Below, piece by piece: positions 8,420 through 18,243 of a stretch of DNA of 33,274 nt. The notes under the pieces were generated by a model that did no database searches, was not told the origin of the DNA, and saw nothing but the letters and a program-made list of their open reading frames with translations. Location: assembly GCA_963703955.1 (NCBI GenBank), contig CAVPGK010000009.1:1-33274 (forward strand), in the 5' to 3' direction. The position numbers were made by a program, and so were the translations under genes. How positions within the stretch are numbered: position 1 is the first letter of the stretch; the number at the start of each line of letters is the position of its first letter. This DNA is from Nitrospirota bacterium (GTDB taxonomy: Bacteria > Nitrospirota > Nitrospiria > Nitrospirales > Nitrospiraceae).

Positions 8420-9859
8420 GTGTCCAGTGCGCGTCCCCTCTTAATTGGCCATCAGTGGAAACAGACAGCTCTGACCATCCCGGTCATGAATCCTTTCACA
8501 AGAGAGAAGGTGGTGGAGGTTTGCCAGGCCGGCAAAGAAGAGGCGGAGGAAGCCGTCGTGACGGCCGTGAGGACGTTTCCCTTGACGAGCCGGTTACCTT
8601 CCCATGCCAGAGCCGCTGCCCTGGCAAAGATTGCCGCTGCCCTCGCTGATCGGCACGACGAGTTGGCCCGTACGATGACCGCGGAAGCTGGCAAGCCTAT
8701 CTCAGATGCGCGTCGTGAGGTATATCGAGCGGTTCAAACCTTTACCGTCGCTTCCGAGGAAGCGAAGCGGATTCCTAGTGAGGTCGTTCCTTTGGATCTG
8801 ACACCAGGCACGGAGAACTACCTCGGGATTGCCCGCCGGTTCCCGATCGGTCCCGTGCTGGGGATCACCCCGTTCAATTTTCCGCTCAACCTCGTCGCGC
8901 ACAAGGTCGCGCCTTGCTTGGCCGTCGGTAATCCAATTGTGCTGAAGCCTGCGCCCCAGACTCCGCTCACCGCTCTATTACTGGGTGAAATCATTCTCCA
9001 GGCCGGACTCCCGGCGGGCGCTATCAGTGTCCTGCCGTGCGACAACACCGTGGCGGAACAGATGGTCACCGATTCCCGATTCAAAATGCTGAGCTTTACC
9101 GGCAGCGCCGCGGTCGGCTGGATGCTCAAGGCCAAGTGTGGAAAGAAGCGTGTCGCGCTGGAATTGGGCGGCAATGCCGGAGTGATCGTGGAACCGGACG
9201 CTGATCTGGACCAAGCCGCGCAACGCTGCGTGACAGGAGGCTTCATCTATGCCGGTCAAACCTGTATTTCCGTGCAGCGTGTGTTCGTGCATGAGGCCGC
9301 GTATGAGTCGTTTCTTGGCAAGCTGCTCCCACGGGCGGCGGCGGTCAAAGTAGGAGATCCGATGGACGAGGGAACGGTGATTGGGCCTCTAATCGATGAG
9401 GCGGCCGCCCAGCGTGTCGAAGTATGGATCGGAGAAGCCGTCGCGGGAGGAGCTCGTGTCCGGACCGGCGGGAAGCGATCCGGCTCACTGTTCGACGCGA
9501 CGGTCCTGACCGATGTGACGCCCGACATGAAAGTATCCTGTCGGGAAGTCTTCGGTCCGGTCATCACAGTCACACCCTACAGACGGTTCGATGACGCGCT
9601 CAATGCCTTGAATGACTCAGACTTCGGCTTGCAGGCCGGCGTGTTTACGCAGGATATCGACAAACTCTTTAGGGCCTATCGAGAACTGGAAGTGGGATCG
9701 GTGTTGGCCAATGAAATTCCGACATTTCGGGCCGACCAGATGCCCTATGGCGGGGTTAAGGATTCCGGGCTCGGTCGCGAAGGGGTTCGGTACGCTATCG
9801 AAGACATGACGGAACTGAAGCTCCTGGTCTTGAACATCCGTCCATCTAGTCAAGCGTAA
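8420..9859 (+). CDS. Aldehyde dehydrogenase family protein
   Basis: ITPFNFP, LKPA, SFTGS, LELGGN, catalytic GQTCIS, EVFGP, PYGGVKDSGLGREG; GTG start after GGAG. Confidence 0.96.
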   Translation: MSSARPLLIGHQWKQTALTIPVMNPFTREKVVEVCQAGKEEAEEAVVTAVRTFPLTSRLPSHARAAALAKIAAALADRHDELARTMTAEAGKPISDARREVYRAVQTFTVASEEAKRIPSEVVPLDLTPGTENYLGIARRFPIGPVLGITPFNFPLNLVAHKVAPCLAVGNPIVLKPAPQTPLTALLLGEIILQAGLPAGAISVLPCDNTVAEQMVTDSRFKMLSFTGSAAVGWMLKAKCGKKRVALELGGNAGVIVEPDADLDQAAQRCVTGGFIYAGQTCISVQRVFVHEAAYESFLGKLLPRAAAVKVGDPMDEGTVIGPLIDEAAAQRVEVWIGEAVAGGARVRTGGKRSGSLFDATVLTDVTPDMKVSCREVFGPVITVTPYRRFDDALNALNDSDFGLQAGVFTQDIDKLFRAYRELEVGSVLANEIPTFRADQMPYGGVKDSGLGREGVRYAIEDMTELKLLVLNIRPSSQA

Positions 9860-10008
9860 GTCCTCAGTCATCGTCGAGGGTTTTCCCTACCTGGCTCAGG
9901 AAGAAATCTTTCCGTCCATATTGCGGAAACACCTAGAAACTTGCTACAACTTCGACCCGATGTCGGGAGGTGACGCAGTTGGAGGTGGAGCGGCTGTAGG
10001 GAGGTACG

Positions 10009-10584
10009 ATGGTTCCAACTCATATGTTTCTCACCCGGGGCGTTGGGATTCATAAGGAGAAACTGGCCTCGTTCGAGTTAGCATTGCGAAGCGCCGGAAT
10101 CGCTTACTGCAATCTGGTGAGCGTCTCCTCAATCTTTCCTCCGAACTGTAAAATCATCCCGAGAAAGAGGGGAGAAGCTCTCTTGAATCCCGGTGAAATC
10201 ACCAATTGCGTCATGGCCAGGTCGGAGACCAACGAGCGTAATCGGCTGATTTCTGCCTCCATCGGGCTTGCTATTCCGACGGATCGGCGATCCTATGGGT
10301 ATCTGTCTGAACATCATGCATATGGAGAAACAGACGAAGAGTCCGGAGAGTATACGGAGGACCTGGCCGCCCAAATGCTGGCGACGACGCTGGGCATCGA
10401 ATTCGACGCAAATTTGGCCTGGAAGGAACGGGAACAGGTATTCAAGATGGGGGGCAAGATCGTCAGGACCCTCAATATCACCCAGTCGGCTATCGGCAAG
10501 GCGAATCGATGGACCACCGTCGTCGCGCTGGCCGTTTTCATCCCACTCGAGAATCTCCCCAAGCCTCGCTCCCGCCGTGGCTGA
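10009..10584 (+). CDS. pdaD: Pyruvoyl-dependent arginine decarboxylase
   Basis: [25 protein letters not shown] self-cleavage site, [18 protein letters not shown]; adjacent to agmatinase. Confidence 0.92.
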   Translation: MVPTHMFLTRGVGIHKEKLASFELALRSAGIAYCNLVSVSSIFPPNCKIIPRKRGEALLNPGEITNCVMARSETNERNRLISASIGLAIPTDRRSYGYLSEHHAYGETDEESGEYTEDLAAQMLATTLGIEFDANLAWKEREQVFKMGGKIVRTLNITQSAIGKANRWTTVVALAVFIPLENLPKPRSRRG

Positions 10585-10656
10585 GCGGTTGGTGGCAGAC
10601 ATTCGTCGGTCATCGGCGATCGATCCTTGGAGAACCCAAACGGCACCGGTGGACGT

Positions 10657-11589
10657 ATGACGCTTCCCGAAGGATGGCTAGGGCACGCACAGAATTTTCT
10701 TGCCCTCGAAGAGCCTTGGTGTCACCCAACGCAGGCTGGGGTTTACGTACTGCCTGCACCCTATGAACATACGTCGAGTTATGTATCGGGATCCGATCAT
10801 GGGCCATCTGCCATCATCGAGGCGTCGCAGCAGGTGGAGCTGTATGATGAGACGCTCGGCTTTGAGACGTACCGTGAATGGGGCGGAGTGGCCACGGCCG
10901 TTCCGTTGGACCTCAAGGGGCGCGTCAATCGGGAGGCCGTCGATACGATCTACGAGTACGTCCGCCCGCACGTCGCGCCAGGGCGGTTCATTCTAACACT
11001 AACTGGAGAACATACTGGCGCGTTGGGTGCGATTCGAGCCCACGCCAGGGTCCATTCGGACCTGTGTGTGGTTCAGATTGATGCGCATGGCGATCTTCGC
11101 CAGGCATATCAGGATAATCCGTTCAGTCATGCCAGCGTGATGGCCCGGGTCGTTGAGGATGGTCTTCCGCTCGTCCAGGTCGGGATCCGGTCTATTTCAC
11201 CTGAAGAAATCGACCTCATCAACTGCACGAAGACGATCGCAACCTTCTTTGCATCCTCCATGCTTGACCCTACAGGCCCCTATGGGGGACAGGCCGCCAA
11301 CTGGGTCCCGGAAGTGGTCAAGGCTTGTACTGGGCCTGTCTATCTGACGTTTGACTGTGACGGGTTGGACGTATCCTTGGTGCCCGCGTTGGGAACGCCC
11401 GAGCCAGGTGGCCTAGGGTGGTATGACGTGCTCGCCTTGGTCACGGCCTTGGCAAAAGGTCCTGGGATGGTCGGGATGGACGTCAGCGAAATCACGCCGA
11501 TCGAAGGATTCGTCGCACCGCAGTTTACAATCGCCCGGCTGATCTATCGAATTCTCGGTCGTGTGCGGGCCGGCCGGCACACACAATAA
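10657..11589 (+). CDS. speB: Agmatinase (ureohydrolase family)
   Basis: GPSAII, TGEH, DAHGD, SHAS, QVGIRS, TFDCDGLD, TPEPGG metal-binding motifs. Confidence 0.9.
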   Translation: MTLPEGWLGHAQNFLALEEPWCHPTQAGVYVLPAPYEHTSSYVSGSDHGPSAIIEASQQVELYDETLGFETYREWGGVATAVPLDLKGRVNREAVDTIYEYVRPHVAPGRFILTLTGEHTGALGAIRAHARVHSDLCVVQIDAHGDLRQAYQDNPFSHASVMARVVEDGLPLVQVGIRSISPEEIDLINCTKTIATFFASSMLDPTGPYGGQAANWVPEVVKACTGPVYLTFDCDGLDVSLVPALGTPEPGGLGWYDVLALVTALAKGPGMVGMDVSEITPIEGFVAPQFTIARLIYRILGRVRAGRHTQ

Positions 11590-11591
11590 CA

Positions 11592-11618
11592 GGAGAGAGT
11601 CTCGAACTCGTTCTCTCC
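11592..11618 (+). terminator. Hairpin after speB
   Basis: GGAGAGA (11592-11598) / TCTCTCC (11612-11618) immediately after the stop; weak T tract. Confidence 0.3.
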
Positions 11619-11683
11619 CTCGGTTCATCATGCGCTCCACAAAACTCATCAAGCGTATGACGAGTCGGGAATCAACCCTTACG

Positions 11684-12463
11684 ATGGACCCCATGGCCGG
11701 TGGACGGCTTTCTGAGAAACCATCCACTCCTGCCCAGGATCACTTGATCCGCATCAATAGGTTTTTTACGCAGCAAGGACTATGTTCCAGGCGGGAAGCG
11801 GACCGATTGGTCGAGAAAAAGCGAGTGACCATCAACGGTCGCATGGCCGTGTTTGGTGATCGTGTCGGAGTGAACGATGTTATCACGAGAGATGGAATGG
11901 TGGTGCCGTGGGGGAACCCGCCGGTCTATATCAAGTTTCACAAGCCTATCGGGATCACGACGACCAGCGAACCCTATGTGCAAGGGAATATCATCGCGTA
12001 TGTCGGGCATCCTGAGCGGATTTTCCCGATCGGCCGACTGGATAAGGATTCCTCAGGCCTGATCCTGCTGACTAACGACGGCGATATCGTCAATCGGATT
12101 TTACGCGCGGAGCATCATCACGAGAAAGAGTATGTGGTGCAGGTCGACCGGCCGTTTGATTCAGCTTTCTTAGCCCACATGGCTCGCGGCGTGGTGATTC
12201 TGAATCGGGCGACACGGCCGTGTGTGGTTCGCCGAGTGGGGCGGAGGGGATTTCGGATCATCCTGACGGAAGGCCGAAATCGGCAAATTCGGCGGATGTG
12301 CCAGGCTCTTGGCTACCGTGTGATCGCTCTCCATCGGGTCAGGGTCATGAACGTCAAAATTGACGGCCTGCAGATCGGGCAATGGAAGAATCTGACCGAG
12401 CGCGAGCGAACCGAGCTCTTGACCGCCTTGGCAGACCCACGGAAAGGCAACGCTCAGGGTTAA
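11684..12463 (+). CDS. S4-domain rRNA pseudouridine synthase (RsuA/RluB/RluE/RluF family, RluF-like)
   Basis: S4 motif GLCSRREAD...RVTING, HKPIG, catalytic GRLDKDSSGLILLTNDG, HEKEY, EGRNRQIRRM; start uncertain (11657/11684/11693). Confidence 0.92.
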   Translation: MDPMAGGRLSEKPSTPAQDHLIRINRFFTQQGLCSRREADRLVEKKRVTINGRMAVFGDRVGVNDVITRDGMVVPWGNPPVYIKFHKPIGITTTSEPYVQGNIIAYVGHPERIFPIGRLDKDSSGLILLTNDGDIVNRILRAEHHHEKEYVVQVDRPFDSAFLAHMARGVVILNRATRPCVVRRVGRRGFRIILTEGRNRQIRRMCQALGYRVIALHRVRVMNVKIDGLQIGQWKNLTERERTELLTALADPRKGNAQG

Positions 12464-12485
12464 GGTTTTCAACTTGGAAGGGAGC

Positions 12486-13304
12486 CTACCATTCGTTCGG
12501 ACGGAACATCGGACCGGATTCCTTTGTCGACACCGAAACAGGAACGGACAGGTCGGGTTCGGGCTCAACCAAGGCTCTCTTTTCAGCAGGGAGAGAGGCT
12601 GTGTCAGGCATGCGGTCAGACGAGCCTTTCGAGCGGCTGAGGAGCAGGTTCAAGAAGGCGATCACAATGCTTCCTACGATCAAACCGGAGCCGGTGGCGC
12701 GAACGGTTTTGGTCCCCTCGTCCCGCATATCCTTGGCCACATCGGCGACTGTAACTAACAATCGGTCCAGTGCCAAACTGACCTGGATTAGTTTGGGTCC
12801 CGAATTCTCTGCGGCCTGATGTTCCGCCTTCGTCCGTAGCTCGGCTGCCTCTTGCGGCGACCCCGCGCTCCATAGCTGGACCATCAGATCAATGGTCCGA
12901 CTGGCCGCCCTGAAATAGGCGTCCAGACTCTCCCTGACGGCCCGCAGGTCCTCCAGCTCGCTCCGCCCGCTGCGTGAGACCCGTAGGCTCGCTGCGGCGT
13001 ACCGATCAATGGCGTGCTGAATGCGTGCTCGCTGATCCGGCAAGGAAGCGGTAATGCGATCGAAGTCCTTCTTCGTCGCCGCTTCCACGGACCGAATCAC
13101 GGTGGTCCGGTACCGGATGATATCAGCGGAAATGTGCGCGAGGTCCGTTGCCGCGAGGGTGTATTCCGTGTACATGATACGGAGGTCCTGGTCGATCTGA
13201 CTCAGAGCCTGAGCGCCCATGTATCCGAGACCCGCAATGAGCAGGCTGATGACAATCTGATTCCACGTAGGGCGAAAAGGCCGCAAGGAAAATCGATAAG
13301 CCAA
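12486..13304 (-). CDS. Four-helix-bundle (4HB, MCP-type) sensor membrane protein without signalling domain
   Basis: TTG start after GAGGGAG; TM1 QIVISLLIAGLGYMGA, helical periplasmic region (IMYTEYTLAATDLAHI...), TM2 GLIVGSIVIAFLNLLL, then only a ~45-aa low-complexity tail. Confidence 0.7.
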   Translation of the reverse strand: MAYRFSLRPFRPTWNQIVISLLIAGLGYMGAQALSQIDQDLRIMYTEYTLAATDLAHISADIIRYRTTVIRSVEAATKKDFDRITASLPDQRARIQHAIDRYAAASLRVSRSGRSELEDLRAVRESLDAYFRAASRTIDLMVQLWSAGSPQEAAELRTKAEHQAAENSGPKLIQVSLALDRLLVTVADVAKDMRDEGTKTVRATGSGLIVGSIVIAFLNLLLSRSKGSSDRMPDTASLPAEKRALVEPEPDLSVPVSVSTKESGPMFRPNEW

Positions 13305-13408
13305 CGTGTCTCCCTCATGCGACGAGGCAGAAAGCCAAGAGCGCCCACTGCCGTAAAGTCTAACAGATTGTCGAGTCGGAAAGAAGCCCTGCATCGAGGC
13401 GGAGCCGG

Positions 13409-15085
13409 CTAATCCAAGACCACGCGGCGATCGACATGTGTGGCTAGCGTCGAGTCGTTGGACACGAAAATAACCGACCAGGGCTCGTCCTTCGAACAAA
13501 GTCGTCGTAGGATCGTTTCGCGTGTGGTGGGGGACATATTGTGCAGCGTCCCATCAAGGATAAGAACTTGGGGGTGTGTGACGATTGCGCGCGCCACCAA
13601 TATTCTCTGAATCTGACTGGTTGTAAAGGTTTTCCCTTTGCCTTTGACAGGCGTCCTCAGGCCCAACGGAAGCTCGTCCACTTCCTCTTCAAGTTCCACA
13701 AAACGGAGCGCCCATCGAACATCTTCGTAGGTCACCGAAAGGCGGTCGATCGTGATGTTCTCCTCCAGCGTCCCCTCGAACAGGGTCAACTGGGAATCGA
13801 GTACCAGGCCACGACAGGCATTGAGGGACGCCATGTCCACATCCCGGAGGTCGACACCGTTATACCGGATGATTCCGGACGTCGGTGTGGAAAGGCCGGA
13901 GAGGACTCGAGCCATAGTGGTTTTGCAGGTGCTGGTACTCGAGAAAATCGCAAGCTTCTCACCGGGGGAAACTTCTAAGTTGAAATTCTTGAACAGCGCC
14001 TGTCCTTCAGGGTAGGAGAAGGAGAGGTCTTTGCAGGTCAATCTGATGCCATGGACGCTCGGATCGGGCAGCGACACGCTCAATTGTGCAGTCACCGTAT
14101 CCTTGGGAAGCGAGAAGAGGAACGCCAGCTCATCCAACGATGTGAAGAAGTAGAAGACGGCGTAGATCCGTCTGGCAACTGTGTCGAAGTTCAACAGCAA
14201 GGTCCCGACGATGACTTCCGCGGCGACGAACTGGCCCAGGGTAATCTGGCCGATAGACAACAACCATCCGGCCATCCCGATGAGACTGCTATGGCCGAGG
14301 GCCTGCCACACCATGGAGCCCTTGTATTGCCGATGAAGGATGTCGGAGCGTCGCTTTCGAGCGGCCACATATTCCTGGACCAAGGCGTCGGTTTTCTTCA
14401 GCAAAAGAGGAGTGCTGGCTGTGGCTTTCAGGTGCAACAGGTTGTCGGTGATATTCTGCAACCAATTGAGCGTTTCGTAATGCAATTTGTTCACTTTCAT
14501 CGTGATCTTCAAGCCGCCCCGACTGAGGACCACGATGGCCGTCAAGAAACCGGCCAGCAAGACCACATCAAAAACCAGAAAGTATGGGTGATAGAACACG
14601 AGAATGGTCATCCCGACGATGCCTCCGACGGCCACATTCATCAAGTCCACCAGCATCGCCACCAGGGCTCGCGGCATCGACTCGGCCTCGAAGAAGTAGT
14701 TGATGTACTTCGACAGTAAGGTCTCATCCTTGAAACGAGGGAGTTGTTGGGTCAAGGCGAGCGAGATACGGCTATACAGACGCTGAACCAGAATTTCCAC
14801 GGAACGGGTTTGCAGCACGCGCAAGCCGCCGATGAAAATCAGGGTCATCGCCATGATGCCGGTCAGGGTGATGATCATAATCGGCTGAATCGCGAACGCA
14901 AACGTATTGACCAGTTCCTGCACGGTCAGCGGAACGATCAGAGAGAACAGACCGATGGCGAGCGCATATGAGACAATGAGCGCGAGGATCTTTTTTTCAA
15001 GCTGGAACAGGAAGATGAGACGCGCGAGGGTGTCTCGGGTCAGTCCTAGCTGGCTATGCGGGTAAAGGGGAGCGGGGTTACTCAT
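13409..15085 (-). CDS. Type I secretion-type ABC exporter (TMD-NBD fusion) with degenerate ATPase motifs
   Basis: Six-TM exporter domain (ITLGQFVAAE), NBD elements LSFSY, PTSGII, LFEGTLEENI, but Walker A SSTSTCKT, signature FTTSQ, Walker B LILDG, switch SND. Confidence 0.88.
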   Translation of the reverse strand: MSNPAPLYPHSQLGLTRDTLARLIFLFQLEKKILALIVSYALAIGLFSLIVPLTVQELVNTFAFAIQPIMIITLTGIMAMTLIFIGGLRVLQTRSVEILVQRLYSRISLALTQQLPRFKDETLLSKYINYFFEAESMPRALVAMLVDLMNVAVGGIVGMTILVFYHPYFLVFDVVLLAGFLTAIVVLSRGGLKITMKVNKLHYETLNWLQNITDNLLHLKATASTPLLLKKTDALVQEYVAARKRRSDILHRQYKGSMVWQALGHSSLIGMAGWLLSIGQITLGQFVAAEVIVGTLLLNFDTVARRIYAVFYFFTSLDELAFLFSLPKDTVTAQLSVSLPDPSVHGIRLTCKDLSFSYPEGQALFKNFNLEVSPGEKLAIFSSTSTCKTTMARVLSGLSTPTSGIIRYNGVDLRDVDMASLNACRGLVLDSQLTLFEGTLEENITIDRLSVTYEDVRWALRFVELEEEVDELPLGLRTPVKGKGKTFTTSQIQRILVARAIVTHPQVLILDGTLHNMSPTTRETILRRLCSKDEPWSVIFVSNDSTLATHVDRRVVLD

Positions 15086-15212
15086 GACGAGTGTATCCCC
15101 AACCCTAGCCGTTCGAATGGCGGCTGAGACCTCATCGGATTGGAGCCCCTCCCGAGTGGCGCCACCTGAGCCTATAGCCTATCAGAGGGAGCGCGAGAAC
15201 ACCACACCCGAC

Positions 15213-16694
15213 TTACTTGATAGACTTGTAACTCACGGGCGTCGCGGTGGCTGGACTCTTCGCCCAGGCGCCGATGGCCCACTGATAGAACGCCTGCGCC
15301 TTTTGGTAGTCCGCCTGCGCTCTGATCCACTGATTTTCGGCATCCACCGCGTTCCGCTCACGAAGGTTGACGAACAGGACACTAGTGGCGCCCAAGCTGA
15401 ATCGAAACCGTTCCCCCTCCTCCAGCGTCCTGGCCATTTGCAGAGACTGATAGGATGCGGCGATCCGCTCTTTTGCCCGTTCGACGGCTGACAGGGCGTT
15501 ATCCACGTCGACGATGACCTGCTGTTCGCGGAACTTCCGGAGAAGGACGAGCCGATCCGACCTTCCCTGCGCCTCGAGGACTTCGCCGCGGGCGCGCCGC
15601 TGGAGCAACGGAATCCGCATCTCGATCCCGAACCGATAGCCCAACCCAAGCACGAATTTTTCCGGAGCGCGGGCCGGCGCGGCCTCCGCATCTAAGCTGG
15701 GCAGGAGGTTGTTCTTGGCCAATTCCAGGTCAATGTTGTTCAGCTTGGCTTCGATCTCCACTTCTTGTATTTCCGGCCGCGCCGCCCTCGCGGTCAATTT
15801 ATGAGCACGGACTGTCTCGCCCGATGGCGCCTCGCTTTGCTTCGGGAAATCGGTGGCGCGATCCAGAGGCGGCGTGGTTGGGGCATCCTTGTCCCAGAGA
15901 AACATCGAGAACTTATATTGTTCTAGTTCCACCGTCCGGGTGGCGGCGATCAGGATCTCCTTGCGGCGCTGAACCTCCTGGCTCGCTTCCACAGCATCGA
16001 GCGGGGCGGCGGCGCCGGCCTTGGCCCGTTGCTCGATCTGCTTGAACCGATCCTCCGCCACCCTGAGCGCCCGTTTCTGGACGTCGGCGAACTTGACCGC
16101 GGAGATCCAGTCCCAGTATTGGCTCGCGGCCGCGACGAAGAGGTCCTGGCGCGTGCGAGCGATCTGAATGTCGGCGCGGGGGTCGGCTAATCCGGACCGT
16201 TTCAGTTCCGCGCTTTCGGGGTTCACCTGCAGCCCTCGCAGAATCGGGATAAAGATGCCCAGCAACGCCTCATTCTCCTTGCCGAGGATAGGATCGGGAA
16301 CGATCGGATCAGCGCCGATGACCCGCCGATATCCGACAATTCCCCTGACGCCGGACGGATCTCTCATCTCCACAAACGAGTCGTTAAACCCGCCGGTCCT
16401 CGTATCCATCGATCCCGAGGGAACAAATCGTTCGATTTGAGTGTCGTTGACCAGCACAGGTTCAAAGGCCCCCAGGGCTTTGAGGAATTTCCCCCTGGCG
16501 ACAATCTTTTCGGTGCCGCTTCCTTGGAGCAGCGGATGAGATCGGTCGACCCAGGCCAAGACCTCGTTCAGCGTGAGAGGAATAGGCGGCAAGGGCTTCG
16601 GTGGAACGCCATCCGCAGCGGCCGACTCGGATGGGTTTCCCATAGAGATCGCCACCATCACCATACAGACGATGAGTCGAAGTGCGTGAATCAT
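15213..16694 (-). CDS. TolC-family outer membrane efflux protein
   Basis: Signal peptide; LTLNEVL...HPLL, RPEI, LLPSLD, IPLLQR, ERFRFSLGATSVLFVNLRE outer-membrane-efflux repeats. Confidence 0.9.
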   Translation of the reverse strand: MIHALRLIVCMVMVAISMGNPSESAAADGVPPKPLPPIPLTLNEVLAWVDRSHPLLQGSGTEKIVARGKFLKALGAFEPVLVNDTQIERFVPSGSMDTRTGGFNDSFVEMRDPSGVRGIVGYRRVIGADPIVPDPILGKENEALLGIFIPILRGLQVNPESAELKRSGLADPRADIQIARTRQDLFVAAASQYWDWISAVKFADVQKRALRVAEDRFKQIEQRAKAGAAAPLDAVEASQEVQRRKEILIAATRTVELEQYKFSMFLWDKDAPTTPPLDRATDFPKQSEAPSGETVRAHKLTARAARPEIQEVEIEAKLNNIDLELAKNNLLPSLDAEAAPARAPEKFVLGLGYRFGIEMRIPLLQRRARGEVLEAQGRSDRLVLLRKFREQQVIVDVDNALSAVERAKERIAASYQSLQMARTLEEGERFRFSLGATSVLFVNLRERNAVDAENQWIRAQADYQKAQAFYQWAIGAWAKSPATATPVSYKSIK

Positions 16695-16786
16695 GACGGT
16701 CTCCTTTCTTTGGGTCGGCTGATATGAACAAGAGATCGCGCCGACGCGTGGCGAGAAAAGGGGTGGCGAGTCGAGTACAGCACGCG

Positions 16787-18223
16787 CTATTTGGTGCTTC
16801 GACCGGCTTTGGGCAGAAGGGTATCAAGCAAGGATGGCGGGCCCTCCTGATAGTCGGGTGGGAAGAGGTTGAATCGACGCCACAATTCGTACCAGAGGGG
16901 TACTCGATTGAGAATGACCCAGGCCATGATCTTCGTGCCTTGCCGGACATGAGCTTGCTCCGGCCAGGGCCTGTCCTCGGGATCGGGAACCACCCAAAAG
17001 CGATAGTTGCCTTTCCCGTTATCGACCTGGTCCACGACCTTAATGACGCCGCCGTAGGTGCCGGCCATCACTTCAGGCCAGGCGGGGAGAGGAATCGCGG
17101 GGATACCGTAGAACAGCAACCGCACCTTGCGGCCGACGTTCAAGAGCGGTGCGTCGAGGCCGTCGGCCACCATTTCTGCCGCTTTGTCCGAGCTGAGGGG
17201 AGAAAGACGCAACAGCTTGTCGCCGGGCCGGACGGTCTCGCCGGCCCCGACTTCGGACATCTTCACGACGGTCCCGTCGATGGGGGCATAGATGCGGCTG
17301 GCGATACGACGTTGCGTGGCATTGGAGAGACGCAACTCCACGTCCGCCAACTGGTCACTCGCTCTTCCAGCTTCGGCTTGCGCGCCGGCCAGGGCCGCTT
17401 CCGCATCGAGGAGCCGCTGCAACATTTCCGCGCTCACCTGATCGCGGCCGAAGCTTAAGGCCTTCATCCCCTGCTGAGCCGCATGAAGGCCCGCCTGGGC
17501 CCCTTGCAGTTCAGCCTTGCTGGCAATCGCCGCTTGGATCGACAATTCCAATTCTCGCTGCGAAACCAAACCTTGAACAGCGAGCTGCCGATGGCGACCG
17601 ACATTCAACTCCGCCGTATCGACGGCGACCTCGGCGGCCGCAACCCTTTGCTCGGCTTCTCGGACCTTGTTTTCCGCCTCGACCACTCGAGCTTCGGCCG
17701 ATGGGACCGCAGATTTGACCAGATCCTGCATGTCGGCAATTCGATTATCGAGCTGCTTAGCGCGCTCCAACGCAGCGCGGCGTTGCTGATCCAGAGCCCT
17801 CTTCCGTTGTTCGAGCAAAGGTAGAAGGTCGGGTGACATAAATTGAGGGTCCCAGTCGTCCATCTCTAGGATCAGTTCGCCTTGTTTCACACGGACGCCT
17901 TCATACACATGCCATTTTCTGATGCGTCCATTAATCTGCGCCTCAATGTCCTGAGGCCGCTCAAAGGGCGAGTACGCGGAGAGTTGGCCGGTGGTGGTAA
18001 TGGTCTGCGTCCACGGGACGAAGGCGATGATCAGGAAGAAAAACAGCAGGAGTTTGATCGAGATTCTGCCGTATCGGCGCAGGTACTCGGGGACCCGTAC
18101 GAGTTGCCAAGCCTGGAGCTTCGCGGAGGTGGCGAAATTATCGACATCGATATCCTCGAGTCCCGTCGGCTGATCGACGAGCGATCGAACCTTGCTTTTG
18201 AGAAGGTCGGTCGGGCGCTGCAC
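16787..18223 (-). CDS. HlyD-family membrane fusion protein
   Basis: N-terminal TM, PWTQTI, lipoyl halves IEAQINGRI...EGVRVKQGE and IYAPIDGTV around a long coiled coil; GTG start after GAGAGG. Confidence 0.92.
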   Translation of the reverse strand: MQRPTDLLKSKVRSLVDQPTGLEDIDVDNFATSAKLQAWQLVRVPEYLRRYGRISIKLLLFFFLIIAFVPWTQTITTTGQLSAYSPFERPQDIEAQINGRIRKWHVYEGVRVKQGELILEMDDWDPQFMSPDLLPLLEQRKRALDQQRRAALERAKQLDNRIADMQDLVKSAVPSAEARVVEAENKVREAEQRVAAAEVAVDTAELNVGRHRQLAVQGLVSQRELELSIQAAIASKAELQGAQAGLHAAQQGMKALSFGRDQVSAEMLQRLLDAEAALAGAQAEAGRASDQLADVELRLSNATQRRIASRIYAPIDGTVVKMSEVGAGETVRPGDKLLRLSPLSSDKAAEMVADGLDAPLLNVGRKVRLLFYGIPAIPLPAWPEVMAGTYGGVIKVVDQVDNGKGNYRFWVVPDPEDRPWPEQAHVRQGTKIMAWVILNRVPLWYELWRRFNLFPPDYQEGPPSLLDTLLPKAGRSTK

Positions 18224-18243
18224 GGCGTGCCTCTCGCTAGCCC

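Noticed and set aside
13305..13499. Long N-terminal extension of ORF 12486..13499
   Set aside because: Overlaps the ABC gene 3' end; a TTG with a good RBS at 13304 sits just before TM1
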